The notes beneath the pieces are model-generated. The model worked only from the letters and a program-made list of their open reading frames with translations, was not told the origin of the DNA and searched no databases. From Azolla caroliniana (Eukaryota > Plantae > Polypodiophyta): DNA of 64,000 nt. Shown here one piece after another: positions 1-12,867 of the stretch; the first letter of the stretch is position 1; the number at the start of each line of letters is the position of its first letter. Position numbers and translations under genes: made by a program. The DNA is taken from NCBI GenBank assembly GCA_043228905.1, contig JBHGNT010000014.1:4650001-4714000 (forward strand). The letters are read 5' to 3'.

Positions 1-249
1 AACAAGATCAAGAGAACAAGGAAATAGAGAGACACCAAGGTAGGCACAAATATATGTAATTGTATTAATGCTCTCAAAGTTACAATGGCACACCAATGTA
101 ATGAACAACGTTGAACTAGGTTACAAAGTTCAGTTTAAATACAAACTGAATTAGGGCAACTTCCCTTTCCAATATTTACAAATATGGCCTATACCTAGTC
201 TGTCCAATGGGACAATGTGAATACGTCCATTATGAACCCGTATTCGACA
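1..249 (-). mobile_element. Copia LTR fragment cut by the window edge; same family as the LTRs at 35364-35736 and 61700-61855
   Basis: Aligns with 35480-35736 (TTAGGGCAACT..CCCTTTCCA..ATTTACA, GTCCAATGGGACA, CCCGTATTCGACA terminus). Confidence 0.75.
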
Positions 250-1844
250 CGACCTTGTGTGGACCGAAATGTTCAAAACCAAAGCTACACATCACGAAGA
301 GATGATGTGAGTTGATAAGACACATGAACCTACTTCATCTAACCCCACTCGATACCACGGAGGGTGGTTGACCCCATGCACTTGAGCACGACGAATAGTA
401 GCCCGAATGAGGAGCACGTGCGAAGACCATCAACAACGCCACACATGAACATGAACCCCACACCTAACCGAACAACGTTGACACCTCCTAATGCTGGATT
501 AGCAGTGGCGTTGCAATCTATCCAAACTCGTGTCCAAAATGGAAAAGGAGCGTGTACCCGTTGATACCTAACTAAGCTCCCCAAATGATAACGGGAAGAG
601 CATCTCAATTTCAAAGTTAGTCCCTCAATTTCTCGGCTTTGGCGATGCCTATGATCATGTCGAGAGATTCAAACAAATATGCCGAGCATACGAACCCCTC
701 ACAAAAGTCACCAAAGTCGTGGACTTTGGGCCCACACTCGACAATCAAGCAGGAATTTGGTTCTAAACCCTAAATGAAGATATCGTTGCCGACTTCGAGT
801 ACATCATCGAAGACTTCCTAATCGACTTCATTCGAAGAGGGAATAAGTGCAATCCAATCAATTAACTTTTTGCCCTCAAGCTGTCGGATGTATGAGGACC
901 TGTCGTATTATGCTCAACAAACAACACAGAAAGTATGACAGAGGAAGAAACATAAACGTAGACCTAGTTTGGAGCTCTTTCACTCTCACTATGTAACTCT
1001 ACACATTCAAGAAGATTATCGTTACAATGTTAGGGTTGAGCTTACATACTCAAGACTTAACTAGAGGATGTGTTCACACTAGGATACAAAGTGGAAGGAG
1101 TCGGCCTTTTATGCAACAAACTCCCCCGTAAAAGGACTACTCTTTCTGCATACGATGTCAAGGGGTTATCTCCCCCGTAAACCTAGAGTATAATTTAATC
1201 TAAAGTTATAGTTAGGACAAGTCAGTTGGCATATAGACGAGTCGGCAGAGATAAAGTCGGTATCTAGCTTGATTCGGCTAGTCATCCGGGTCAGTTTGTT
1301 CGAATAAGTCAGATCGTCTTGTCTTACCTCTTGCTCCTTGCTCGAGGTTCTTTGGCTTGGTCACTTGTCATAGTCCCATCCTTGTCCTTAGTTCGTTAAA
1401 GTGATGTTCTCAGAGTGGCATTGTCAGGCAATCGACGATGTTCACCTCGGTGTCGATCTTCCGGATTTCGAGCTTCTTCTCTGTTACTAGCTCCCGGATG
1501 TGATGATATTGCACCTCAATATGCTTTTTCTTTGCATCATAGACAGGATTATAGATGAGGTGTATTACGCTCAATGAGTCGCATAAGATGGTCAACACTG
1601 GTTGGTCGATTCGACTTGTTGTCGAGAAGTTGGCAGTCAGTCGGTACAACCAAATGGTTTCCTTCGTTGCTTCGGATGCTACCATGTACTCAAGCTCTGT
1701 GGTAGAAAGGGCCGTGCACTCTTGCAACTTCGACCTCCATGGTATGGCATCGCCACCATAGGTGAAGATACAACATGATGTCGACTTCCGTTTATCTAGA
1801 TTCCCAACATAGTTAGAGCCGGTATAGCCTTCGAAAGTCAATTG

Positions 1845-2388
1845 TGTTGGGAATTCAATCCCTCTGGATGGGATCCGGTTATGAATGAAGAGGACCCGGT
1901 GAGAACCAAAAGAGATCCGGAAACCGAATTGGATGGACCCGGTGAGAACCGGAACAGAAGACATATTTGTAAATATGTTTTGAGTAAGCCTATTGAGGCT
2001 ATATTTGTAAATAGACCTAAGTTCATATGAGTATAAATATGACCTAGGGCAATCACAAAGTAGCGTCATGTTGTTGTCATATTGTTGTATGTGCATAACT
2101 GTTGTATAGAGAGTGAGGAGATATAGAGCGATACTCTATTGTAATTGTCGCTTGGCGAAGATGCAGAGCTCGAGGTCGTTGCCTCCGAGTCTCTGATTGT
2201 ACCTTTCTGATATAGTGATAGTTTGGAGTCTGTGGGCTCTCGTGGTTTTTCCCTATCATCCTGTGTATTCTCTATTGTTCGTTTGTGTACGTGTACTTAT
2301 CTTCAAACCCCATTTCTGTGTTTGATCCTTAAACGAAGTGATCTAAGACTCGGTTGTGGCCGAGCAATATTCCGCACTATTCTCAACA
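1845..2388 (+). mobile_element. Copia solo LTR inserted in the host RT/RNase H
   Basis: TGTTGG...CAACA ends; degenerate TSD AATTG/AGTTA; the host frame YLRGTEDA|QLTFEGY is split; similar to LTR 41746-42260. Confidence 0.8.
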
Positions 2389-3994
2389 AGTTATGCATCT
2401 TCGGTCCCTCTCAGGTACTTGAAGATGTGCTTGATGGCCTCCCAATGCTTTCGTCCTGGATTCGACATGTACTGGCTGACTACCCCTACCATCGCATACA
2501 TGATACTTCCTGCGGCCGATGCGTAGGGCATTGAGCTCTCTCTCCTTATCCATTGAAGGAGAGTCTTTGTCCGATAGTCAGATGACGTCCAAAGCGGTGA
2601 TGGTGTGGGCTTCGTGTTCTCCATGTTGTAGCGCTTCAACACTTTGCGGATGTAGTCGAACTAGGAGAGTTAGAGAGTCTTTGTCTTCTAATTTCGCTCG
2701 ATCCTCATGCCCAGTATGTGCCGGGCTTGTCCGAGTTCCTTCATTATGAATTTGTCATGAAGGCTTCGCTTTAGGTTTCTGATTTCAACTTGATTATTCC
2801 CTGCAACTAGATGGATCCGAAAATCGTCAGCCAATTGCTGAGTATATAAGCATGGGTCAAAGTCGGATCGGCTGTAGCCAAGCTGCCTGATGTAGGAGTC
2901 GAAATTCTGGTACAACATCCTCGACGCTTGTTTTAAGCCATAAAGGCTTTTCTTCAGTCGACATACGAGGTGACCTTTCTCCCCTGTTACCATGAAGCCT
3001 GCCCGTTGGGACATGTAAATGTCTTCTTCCAGATCTCTGAGTAGGAATACCGTCTTTACGTCCAATTGCTCAAGCTCTAGATCCTTTGTCGCCACAACCC
3101 CGAGTAGGAGCCGAAGGGTGGTCATCTTGACTACTAGGCAAAATATCTCTTTGTAGTTGACCCCGTGTTCTTGTTTGAATCCCTTCGCGATGAGCTGAGC
3201 TTTGTATTTGGGCTTCTCCGAATCGGATACATATTTGTATCTGAATACCCATTTGCAGGGCAGTGGCTTCCTTCCAGTTGGTAGTTCGACCAACTCCCAT
3301 GTATTGTTCTGATGGATCAAGTCCATCTCGGATCACATGGCTTGTAGCCATGTATCAACGCCCAGTGCAATTATAGCTTCTTCGTATGTGCTTGATTCGC
3401 CTGCATTAGTGTAGTTGACGTAGTCGACACCCGGTTGATAGAACTCTGTCGGTCTTTTGAATCTTCCAGATCTCCGGATTTTGTCGGTTTAGATCCTTTC
3501 AATTGGTTCAATCCGTCGATCGACATTTGTTGAACCACTTATGTTAGGAGTCCTATTGGATGACTCGCCCCTATGATAGGATTTCAGCGATGTCACGTCA
3601 TCCTCCCCTATTTCGGGATTGATTGACTTAAAGATAGGAGAATTAGCTGACTCGAGTCGGCTTTTCCAGTTAGCCTTTGTGGGTGTGTCGGTCAAATCGA
3701 CTTTGTCATTTTCGACTCTCACCTTGTGGGCTTTACCTTTCTTGATTCTAACTGATTTGGCTTTGCCTTGGTTGGCCAATATTGATCTTGTCAATCTCTT
3801 AGTCGAATCCATCTTGTCTAGTGGACCTCTTGCCGATTCAGAGTCGGCAGGTGTATTGTCAGCTTGGTCGAGTTCGATTGTTTGTCAAATCTCTGATTTG
3901 GCCTAGTGGGTCGGTCCTTCTACGACATCTTCGTCAACTTCGAAGGATACCTTTTTACCAAATATTTTCTGCCGGTTCCTCTCAGAGAGAATAG

Positions 3995-4319
3995 TGTTGT
4001 TGGGTGGGGGGTGAAGCCATTCTTAAGGGGGTTACGATAGAGAGAGAGAGAAGGGGAGAGTGAAAAATAAGAATGATACCAAATGAGAGGGAAAAAGTTA
4101 TTCATTACATACCCCATAGGGGGTTTATATAATACATCCAATGTAACGGTTACATGACCGTTATAAATAAGACCATTATGCATTCTTGTACACATGCACA
4201 TAGTTGTGCATGTGTCCATACACATACTCATCCTCACACACTCATTTACTTTACACATACACATCAACCACATCATTACACATACCCTTATGCATCCCCG
4301 TATATTCTTACGAGTAACA
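3995..4319 (-). mobile_element. Solo LTR-like element (325 bp, hairpin-rich family)
   Basis: TG...CA ends; perfect TSD AATAG (3990-3994 and 4320-4324); near-identical to 7154-7450 in reverse orientation. Confidence 0.8.
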
Positions 4320-7153
4320 AATAGAGTCTTCATTGAAGACTATGTCGCTACTCCGGATCAATTTCCGGTGTCGTGTCGAAGCACGTCGCGTCAAAGAGCT
4401 TGGCGTCTCCGGGTGGAACCGTTAGGGTTCTGAACCAAGAGAGTGAAAATAAGAAGAAGAAAGGGAAGAGTTGGATGTCGAGCCGAAAGTATCTCAATAG
4501 TCACGAGTGGTTTGTAGCCCTACCCATGAAGAAAAAAATCCTTATATCGTTCCACCTACGTAACCAAATTAAGCGTGCAAACACAGATCGGAAAACCCTC
4601 TGGAAGAGCTTCGCAACAAGCTATAGAACATAAAAAACAAACATCAGAATTAAGAGTTATGAAGAAAATACCATACAGAGCTACTCCTCAATCGCAGATG
4701 AAAGAATGCCAAAATAGGAAAATCACTATTTCTTCGAGAGAAAAACACAATAATCCTTCCCTCTTATACTAAATGGATGTCTATACATGTAGGATGTGTG
4801 GCACACACCTAGAGAAGCTTGTGCATGTGCGCGACATAAAGCATGTGGGCCATGTGGCACACATGTAGAGAAACTTTGCATGTGCGTTATATGGTGCACA
4901 TGAAATACATTACATGGTTTTGAATATACAACATTTGCTCCAGAATAATGCAAATAAATCCCTAAGAACAATAATACTAAAGAAATTTGAGTCTAGAATG
5001 TAAATCAACTCCAATGAGTCGAATTAGATGGATCTCCAAGGAGTGTTGCGTCATTGAACCAAGTCGAGATGCGTGGTTGTAGTTGAGGCAAGTGTGGAAT
5101 CGTGGTGGCACCGGTTGGTCGCATCCCTTTATGACACCGGTTCTGTGGGTCTTATAGTCGATAGCAGAATTCCCCATCGGTTCCATAACTGAAAAATATG
5201 CATTTCGTTGCATGGGGTGCCAACTTGGTCCTTTTCTCCCTGGGGATAAATGCGTAGGCTTTGCATCCGAATATACAAATTCTGTCATAGGTCAGTTGTT
5301 TACAAGACCATAGTGCCGGTGGCACTTCGAGCCTTATTGCTTTCGACGGTGACAGGTTGATTAGATAAACTGCCGTCTTCAATGCTTTGGTCCAGAACTC
5401 CAACTTTAGTCCGACCTATTAGAGCATTGCTATCACCCTTTCTTCGATCATTCGATTGATCCATTTTGCCACTCCATTATGCATGGGTGTGTATGGAATG
5501 GTCTTCTAGTGTCTGATCCCTTTGTCAGACAGGTACTGTTTGAAGACTCGGGAGGTGTACTCACCTCCGTTGTCGGATCAGGGCGTCTTCACTTTGTATC
5601 CTGATCGGTTCTCCACTTTAGACGTCCACCGAGTGAAGATCTTGAGCACTTCATTTTTTGACCTAATTGAGTAGGCCCAAACCTTCCGTGCTTAGTCATC
5701 TACAAATGTGATGAAGTACTAGGAGCCTCCTAGTGATCGTTTAGGCATCGACCCACATATGTCTGTGTGCACGAGGTCTAGGGGTTGTTGTATCGTCTCA
5801 TAGTGGAGAGAGTGCGAACTTTGGGTCTATTTCCCGTAGCGATAATGCTCACCAAACTTCGTCTTCCCCAAGAGTTTAGGAATGTAGCCGACCACCATTA
5901 GCTGGTCAAGTTCAGCTTGTGACATATGGCCGAGTCAGTCATGCCATAGGTTCGGGTTGGTTGATTCGGCTACGTTCATGGACCCTTTTGGATTCATCTC
6001 CATTATTGGATACAAGTTATTGTACTTGTGTCCGTTTCCGATCTTTAGATTTCCTCGATGGATCATCCATGTCGACTCACTCAGAGTTGTTCTATACTCG
6101 TCTTTGGATTACATGCTGAACTTGGTGTAGGTTGATCATATTGCCATTTGACAATTGGATTGGTACTTCGCCAATTCCTGCAATTCTGCACTCCTACCCA
6201 TTGCCTAGCATCTTGTGCATCTTGTGCCTAGCATCTTGGCCGAATAGTTCGAAAACCATTCGATGTTTGGGGTCACGTGGAATGTGGCATCAAAGTCTAA
6301 TAGCCACGTTTGTGCATCTTGTGCATTGTATAGGACTTCTGCGATCACCAAGTTCTCTAGAGAGAGAATTTCTCCTGACCGGGTGTCGGCAACATTTATT
6401 TGGTTGCTGACTGAAGACCGGTTCGAGTTGGAATGTCTCGAGTTCTGCCTGAATCATCGACCACTCTCTTTTCTGTTGGTTGACTAGCAGTCGGAAACAT
6501 TGTCGCTGACTTTTTTGTAGTGAGTGCAGAAGTCACCCGATCGGCTATTTCTCGACTTTGACTGTTGTTGGTCTCCCCTCTTACTAGGCCGATTGGTATT
6601 CCGACCAGTTCTGTCGGCTTGTCTCTTGATCGATTGGATCGGTCAATCGACTCAATCGAGTGGTGGGCTTCTACCGACTCGTCAATGGTGAGTCCCATTG
6701 ATTTTCGCTGAATGTCCTCTGTGAGGACTTGTCCTATTGTCTCATCTAAGTTTAGTTTTGGACAACTATTGGCAAATGTCGTGCAAAATACCTCCCAACT
6801 CGCCGAAAAACTTGATTGGAGGGCAAGGGCTTTCACTTCTTCTTCGGAATTGATCCCTTGGAAGGACAGTTCAGACAACATCTGACTGAAGGTGTTGATG
6901 TGGGAGATCGTTGGGTTCAACTCTCTCATCTTCATATTGAACACTTGTCGAATCAATATGAGTTTTGGTGATGAGAATTTTTTCTCGTATACGGCCTGTA
7001 GCTTCTCCCACATTGAGAACGTTCTCGTCTCTTTTGCCATGCTGAAATAGACGTTTTTAGCCAGATGCATATGAATGGTTGACCTGGCTATTTCGTCCAG
7101 TGAGCCCCATTCTTCTATTGTCATCGAGGTAGGCTTGTTGGTGTGCAATATTG

Positions 7154-7662
7154 TGTTACCCGTAAGAATATATGGGGAGGCATAAGGGTATGTGTAATGA
7201 TGTGGTTGATGTGTATGTGTAAAGTAAATGAGTGTGTGAGGATGAGTATGTGTCTAGACACATGCACAACTATGTGCATGTGTACAATAATGCGTAACGG
7301 TCTTATTTATAACGGTCATGTAACCGTTACATTGGATGTATTATATAAACCCCCTATGGGGTATTTTATGAATAACTTTTTCCCTCTCATTTTGGTATCA
7401 TTCTTATTTTTCACTCTCCCCTTCTCTCTCTCTATCGTAGCCCCCTTAGAAGGGGGGTGAAGCCATTCTAGGCTTCAGCCCCCAAAGAATGAGACAAGTA
7501 GGGAGTTACACTTACCCACTTTCTCACCTTTGTACACATGCACACAAATGTGCATGTGTTCATACACATACTCATCCTCACACACTCATTTACTTTACAC
7601 ATACACATCAACCACATCATTATACATACCCTTATGCCTCCCCGTATATTCTTATGGGTACA
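7154..7662. mobile_element. Fold-back LTR-derived insertion (509 bp) with ~130-bp terminal inverted repeats, inside the host gag
   Basis: TSD TATTG (7149-7153 and 7663-7667); TG...CA ends; arms ~7154-7286 and ~7530-7662 are reverse complements. Confidence 0.85.
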
Positions 7663-8536
7663 TATTGCCTTGATTTGACACCGGATGATAAGTACATCCT
7701 GCATCATCTTCTCCTATAGGGAAAAGTTTTTGTCGTCGAACTTTCTTATTTCAACCCTTGTACCGATGTTGAAGCCATGTTCTCTTTTGAAAGTGAGATT
7801 TTTACTGAACTGGTCTTTTCTTTTAGCTCTGAACAACAAGTCGCTCTGATACCAATTGTTAGTTGTATGTGCGCGGAAGATTGTATGAGGACCTGTTGTA
7901 TTATGCTTAGCAAACAACACAGAAAGTATGACAGAGGAAGAAACAGAGAAAGTTTGGAGCTCTAATGGAAGTTCTTATTTCGCTCTCACTATGTAACCCA
8001 ACACTCAGATATTCAAGAAGATTATCGTTACAATGTGTTGAGAATCGAACCTTCTATTCACCTTCTTCGGTCGGCCACAACCGATTAATCGCGGATCAAT
8101 GGAGCAGAAAATAGGAACCACACGGAGAAACAAAATAAAACGCGAGTACACAGGGATTAACGTGGAAAACCCTAGACGGGAAAAACCACGGGAGTACAAG
8201 ACTCCAAACCAAACACTATACAGAGAAGTATACAATGGCGAGCTGCAAGGCGACGACCTTGAGCTCGCTGTCCTCGCCACAGGCGGCGGAAATACACAGA
8301 GGCGTCTACCTCTTCGTCTCTCGCGCTCTATCTCTCTCTCTCTCTCTCGGCTACTCTCTCTTCACTCCCCTTGAGTGGAAAAACAGAAAAATAAGCAGCA
8401 ACATAAACTGTTTGCCCTAAGTCATATTTATACACATATGACTTTCGGGCTATTTACAAATATAGCCTCAAGGGCTCTTGGCAAACATATTCACAAATAT
8501 GTCCCCGCATCCGGATCTCCCTCCGGGTACATTCGT

Positions 8537-8722
8537 CATCCGGCTCCGTAACCGGGGTCTTCAGCATCCGGCTCCGTAGCCGGGGTATTCATCATCCGGC
8601 TCCGTAGCCGGGGTCTTCATCATCCGGCTCCGTAGCCGGGGTCTTCATCATCCGGCACCGTAACCGGGGTCTTCATCATCCGGCTCCGTAGCCGGGGTCT
8701 TCATCATCCGGCACCGTAACCG
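8537..8722. repeat. 28-bp tandem array (~6.6 copies) in LTR U3; second copy at ~13385-13570
   Basis: Unit CATCCGGCTCCGTAGCCGGGGTCTTCAT. Confidence 0.92.
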
Positions 8723-8793
8723 CAACCGGGCTTGCCGTCATTCATCTCCGGACATCCCATCCGGAGGGACCGAAATCCCAACAAACTCCCCCT

Positions 8794-11700
8794 TCACTTC
8801 GGCATGGGATGTCTCTCCAATCCGACCCTCTTCCGGCACGCTTCCAGCTTGTCGGGTGTGAGCACTTTGGTCAGCATATCTGACCCGTTCTCTTCCGTGT
8901 GGATCTTCGTCAGCATGAACTCCTGGTCTTCTATCCTTTCCCGGATCCAGTGATATCTTCGCTGGATGTGCTTCGTCCGGGAGTGATAGGCCGCGTTCTT
9001 CGCAAGGTGGATGGCACTCTGACTGTCGCAGTAGAGTCGGTACTCCTCTTGCCGGATACCGAGCTCTCTAATGAAGTCCTTCATCCATATTATTTCCTTG
9101 CCGGCTTCAACAGCCGCCATGTACTCCGCCTCCGTGGTTGACAACGCAACCGTCTTCTGCAGCCTCGACTGCCACGAAACAGCTCCCCCTGCATACGTCA
9201 TCACATACCCTGATGTGGACCGGCTGGTATCTTCATCAGCCGACATATCCGAATCGGTAAAGCCGTCGAGTTCGGGCTTACCGGAGCCGAATCGGAGGCA
9301 CACGTTTGCCGTGCCCTTCAGGTATCGGAGTATCCACTTGACCGCGTTCCAGTGGTCTTTGCCGGGATTGCTCATGTACCGGCTCACCACTCCGACTGCG
9401 TATCCTATGTCCGGTCTTGTACACACCATTGCGTACATCAAGCTTCCGACGGCAGAGGCATATGGTACTTTCATCATGTCCTCCTTCTCAGCCTTTGTCT
9501 TGGGGCTCTGCTTGCTGGACAACTTGCAGTTTGCCGGGAGGGTTGACCCGACCGGTCTTGCTTCCGACATGTTGAACCGGTGAAGCACCTTTGTCACGTA
9601 CTTCTCCTGTGACAGCCACAACTGCTTCTTCTTCCGGTCCCGGATGATGTGCATCCCTAGTATTTGCCTCGCCGGACCCAGGTCCTTCATTGAGAAGGTT
9701 CGGTGAAGAGCCTTCTTCAGCATCCGTATCTTGACCTGGTCCCGTCCGACGATCAACATGTCGTCCACGTATAGGAGGAGTATTAGAAAGTCTCCTCCTT
9801 CGAACTTCTTCACAAACACGCAGTGATCGGACTGCGTTTTGTGGTACCCTTCGTCGGTCATGAAGGAGTCGAACTTCCGGTACCATTGCCGGGGAGCCTG
9901 CTTCAGTCCGTAAAGGCTCTTCTTCAACCGGCATACCAGGTGCTCCTTCCCTTTCTTCTCGAATCCTTCCGGTTGCTGCATGTAGATCTCTTCTTCGAGG
10001 TCACCGTGAAGGAATGCCGTCTTCACGTCCATCTGTTCTACCTCGAGGTCCATGCTTGCCGCTATGCTCAGCACCGTCCGGATGGAGGTCATCTTCACTA
10101 CCGGGGCAAATATCTCGTCGAAGTCGACGCCCTTCTTCTGCTGAAACCCCTTCACCACGATCCTGGCTTTGTATCTCGGGGGGTTTCCGGCATCTCCCGG
10201 TTTCAGCTTGAACACCCACTTGTTTCGAAGTGCCCGCTTTCCTTTCGGCAACTCCACAAGTTCATATGTGTGGTTCTCATGCAGGGAATCCATCTCGTCC
10301 TGCATGGCACTCAACCACCTGCGGCTCTGGGTGTCATGCTTTGCTTCTTCAAAGCTCTCCGGCTCCCCCTCGTCGGTTAGCAGCACGTGCTCTGGTTCCG
10401 GAAATCTCCGGGGGGCCCTTCTCTCTCTTAGAGGATATCTCCGTTCCGGAGCTTCGGTAACCGGTTCTTCCGATTCTTCTTCATCCGAATCCATTTTGGG
10501 ATCGGGGCCGGTTCCGGTATCATTTTCATCTTCTTCGGCCGGTTCTGTTTCTTCACCGTCTTCGGCCGGATCCTCGAGAGCTAACCGGTCCCTTGCCGGT
10601 CGGGACTGCTCCTCGTAGAGTTGATCCTCACCGGTCGACTTGGAGCTCTTCATCTTCTTCTCCGACTCCCAGTCGGCGAGTGTCTTGTTCTCCATGAAGA
10701 TGATATCTCGACTCCTGAATATCTTCTTGTCGACCGGGTCCCATACTCGGTAGCCGAACTCGTCGTCGCCGTAACCGAGGAATATGCATGGCCGGGTCTT
10801 TGGATCTAGCTTTCCTCTCCGGTCCTTTGCCACATGCACGTATGCGAGACACCCGAACACCTTCAGATGCCGGTAGGACACTTCCTTACCGGTCCACACT
10901 TTCTGCGGCGTGTCTCCGTCCAAAGGTACTGAGGGTGATCTATTTATCACATACGTCGCCGTCGACATTGCCTCAGCCCAAAACCCCTTGGGTAATTTCG
11001 CATGCGCCAGCATACTCCGGACCCTCTCCATTATGGTCCGGTTCATCCTCTCGGCCAGCCCGTTCAGTTCCGGCGTCTTCGGCACAGTAAACTCGAGCCG
11101 GATCCCCTTCGAGCGACAGTACTCCTGGAACTGCCCCCGGTATTCCCCTCCGTTATCCGCTCGTATCGCTTTCAGCTTCTTGCCGGATTCTCTTTCCACT
11201 CTCGCGTGGAGTTCTTTGAAGACGGACAACACTTGGTCCTTTGTCTTCATCGGTGCCGTCCACAGTCTTCGGCTATGATCATCTATGAATGTTACGAAGT
11301 ACTGGGCTCCGCCATGTGACTTCGTTTCTACCTGACACACATCGGTGTGCACCAACTCCAATGGTGCGCTACGTCTCGTCGGTGGCCTTGAGTGGAAGGA
11401 GGTTCGGTTCTGCTTACCGGCCAGGCAATCGGTGCACTTTTCCAGGTGCACATGCTTCACTGGGATAAGGTTGTCTTCTGCAAGCCTCTTCATCCCCTTC
11501 TCACTCATGTGGCACAGTCTTTTGTGCCACAGCTCACCGGCAGTGTCGGCTGCCACATTCAGCTCTTCCGGACATAGCCGAGAGTTCATCAGGTACAGTG
11601 TGTTGACCTTCCGGGCCCGAGCCACTATCAGGCTCCCCTTGCTGAACTTCATGACACCGTTCCGGATGCTACCCGTGTAGCCTTCATCATCTAGCCTCCC

Positions 11701-12867
11701 GGCCGAGATCAGGTTCAATCGGACTTCCGGAACGTGTCGCACATCCTTCAGCAGCATCTTGCATCCGGTTGATGTCATCAGCCACACGTCTCCTATGCCG
11801 GCAATCCGGCATGTGCCTTCATTTCCCATCCGGACACAGCCATGCTCACCGGCTGTGTAGGATGAGAAGTATTTCTTCTCCGGGGTCAGGTGGAACGACG
11901 CTCCGGAATCGACCACCCAGGTCATCTCTACACCGGCAAGGTTCAGCTCCCTCTCTTCGGTAATGAGCATTATCTCTTCTTCACTTGCCGCGAGTGCCGT
12001 CGTTCCTTTCCGGTCCTGCCCTCGCCGATCCGGACCTCTCCGGTCCGTGGCTCCCCGGTATGCACCGTTTCTCTCCGGTGACTTCTTCGAATCGGTGTCG
12101 TCGGCTCCGTTGTCCTTTCGGTAATGCCGACAATTCTTCCGGAAGTGCCCCGGCTTCCCACAGTGGAAGCATGTGGGCCTTCCTCTTGACTGCGACCGGG
12201 TCCCCGACTTCTCCCGTCTTTGCGAACTCCGGTTCCATTGTCTTCCCCGATCCGATTCGGTAAGCAGCGCCTTCGAGTCGGAGGCCGGTTCTTTATCTCT
12301 CCGACGCGCTTCTTCGTTCAAAATGCTTGTCTTTACCGTTTGTAGAGACAAGTTATCTTCGGTGCAGGAGGTGCTGAGAGTCACCACCAAGTTCTCCCAG
12401 CTTTCCGGCAATGTACACATCAGAATGATGGCTTGCATTGCATCCTCCAACGGGAACTTGATCGCCGCAAGCTGGTTCACGAATCCCATGAACGTGCTTA
12501 CGTGTTCCACCATACTCTCGCCGTCCCGGTACTTGAGATTCACTATCTTCCTCATCAGGGAGGTCCGGTTCAACGCATTCTTCCTCTCATAGAGGCCCGA
12601 CAGCTTCCGCCACATCTCATATGCGTTGGTGTCGTTCGCCACATGTTGTAGAACGCTCACGTCGACGTATTGCCGAATGGTTGCAACGGCTTTCCGGTTC
12701 AGAAGCCTCCATTCCGACTCAAGTACCCCTTTCGGTATTTCCGACCTGTCAATCGGTTCGTACAGGTCCCGAACAATCAGAAGATCCTCCATCTTGATCT
12801 TCCAGTCGGCGTAATTCAGCGCATTCAGCACCATCATTCCCGGCTGCCCGCTGCCGCCGCCTTCCAT
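8794..12867 (-). CDS. Copia gag-pol polyprotein (gag, CCHC knuckle, protease, integrase, RT, RNase H), uninterrupted
   Basis: CFHCGKPGHFRKNC, WVVDSGAS, WHKRLCH..CTDC, VHTDVC, DNGGEY, LNGLAERMNRT, LYVDDML, FTDSD, TKHIQRRYH; copia domain order. Confidence 0.97.
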   Translation of the reverse strand: MEGGGSGQPGMMVLNALNYADWKIKMEDLLIVRDLYEPIDRSEIPKGVLESEWRLLNRKAVATIRQYVDVSVLQHVANDTNAYEMWRKLSGLYERKNALNRTSLMRKIVNLKYRDGESMVEHVSTFMGFVNQLAAIKFPLEDAMQAIILMCTLPESWENLVVTLSTSCTEDNLSLQTVKTSILNEEARRRDKEPASDSKALLTESDRGRQWNRSSQRREKSGTRSQSRGRPTCFHCGKPGHFRKNCRHYRKDNGADDTDSKKSPERNGAYRGATDRRGPDRRGQDRKGTTALAASEEEIMLITEERELNLAGVEMTWVVDSGASFHLTPEKKYFSSYTAGEHGCVRMGNEGTCRIAGIGDVWLMTSTGCKMLLKDVRHVPEVRLNLISAGRLDDEGYTGSIRNGVMKFSKGSLIVARARKVNTLYLMNSRLCPEELNVAADTAGELWHKRLCHMSEKGMKRLAEDNLIPVKHVHLEKCTDCLAGKQNRTSFHSRPPTRRSAPLELVHTDVCQVETKSHGGAQYFVTFIDDHSRRLWTAPMKTKDQVLSVFKELHARVERESGKKLKAIRADNGGEYRGQFQEYCRSKGIRLEFTVPKTPELNGLAERMNRTIMERVRSMLAHAKLPKGFWAEAMSTATYVINRSPSVPLDGDTPQKVWTGKEVSYRHLKVFGCLAYVHVAKDRRGKLDPKTRPCIFLGYGDDEFGYRVWDPVDKKIFRSRDIIFMENKTLADWESEKKMKSSKSTGEDQLYEEQSRPARDRLALEDPAEDGEETEPAEEDENDTGTGPDPKMDSDEEESEEPVTEAPERRYPLRERRAPRRFPEPEHVLLTDEGEPESFEEAKHDTQSRRWLSAMQDEMDSLHENHTYELVELPKGKRALRNKWVFKLKPGDAGNPPRYKARIVVKGFQQKKGVDFDEIFAPVVKMTSIRTVLSIAASMDLEVEQMDVKTAFLHGDLEEEIYMQQPEGFEKKGKEHLVCRLKKSLYGLKQAPRQWYRKFDSFMTDEGYHKTQSDHCVFVKKFEGGDFLILLLYVDDMLIVGRDQVKIRMLKKALHRTFSMKDLGPARQILGMHIIRDRKKKQLWLSQEKYVTKVLHRFNMSEARPVGSTLPANCKLSSKQSPKTKAEKEDMMKVPYASAVGSLMYAMVCTRPDIGYAVGVVSRYMSNPGKDHWNAVKWILRYLKGTANVCLRFGSGKPELDGFTDSDMSADEDTSRSTSGYVMTYAGGAVSWQSRLQKTVALSTTEAEYMAAVEAGKEIIWMKDFIRELGIRQEEYRLYCDSQSAIHLAKNAAYHSRTKHIQRRYHWIRERIEDQEFMLTKIHTEENGSDMLTKVLTPDKLEACRKRVGLERHPMPK

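Noticed and set aside
4375-4970. Possible further solo LTR in the old copia
   Set aside because: LTR-like composition, but I could not find TG..CA ends with a TSD
8537-8722. 28-bp repeats as a CRISPR array
   Set aside because: Units are head-to-tail with no unique spacers, duplicated in both LTRs, with no cas genes and a eukaryotic context
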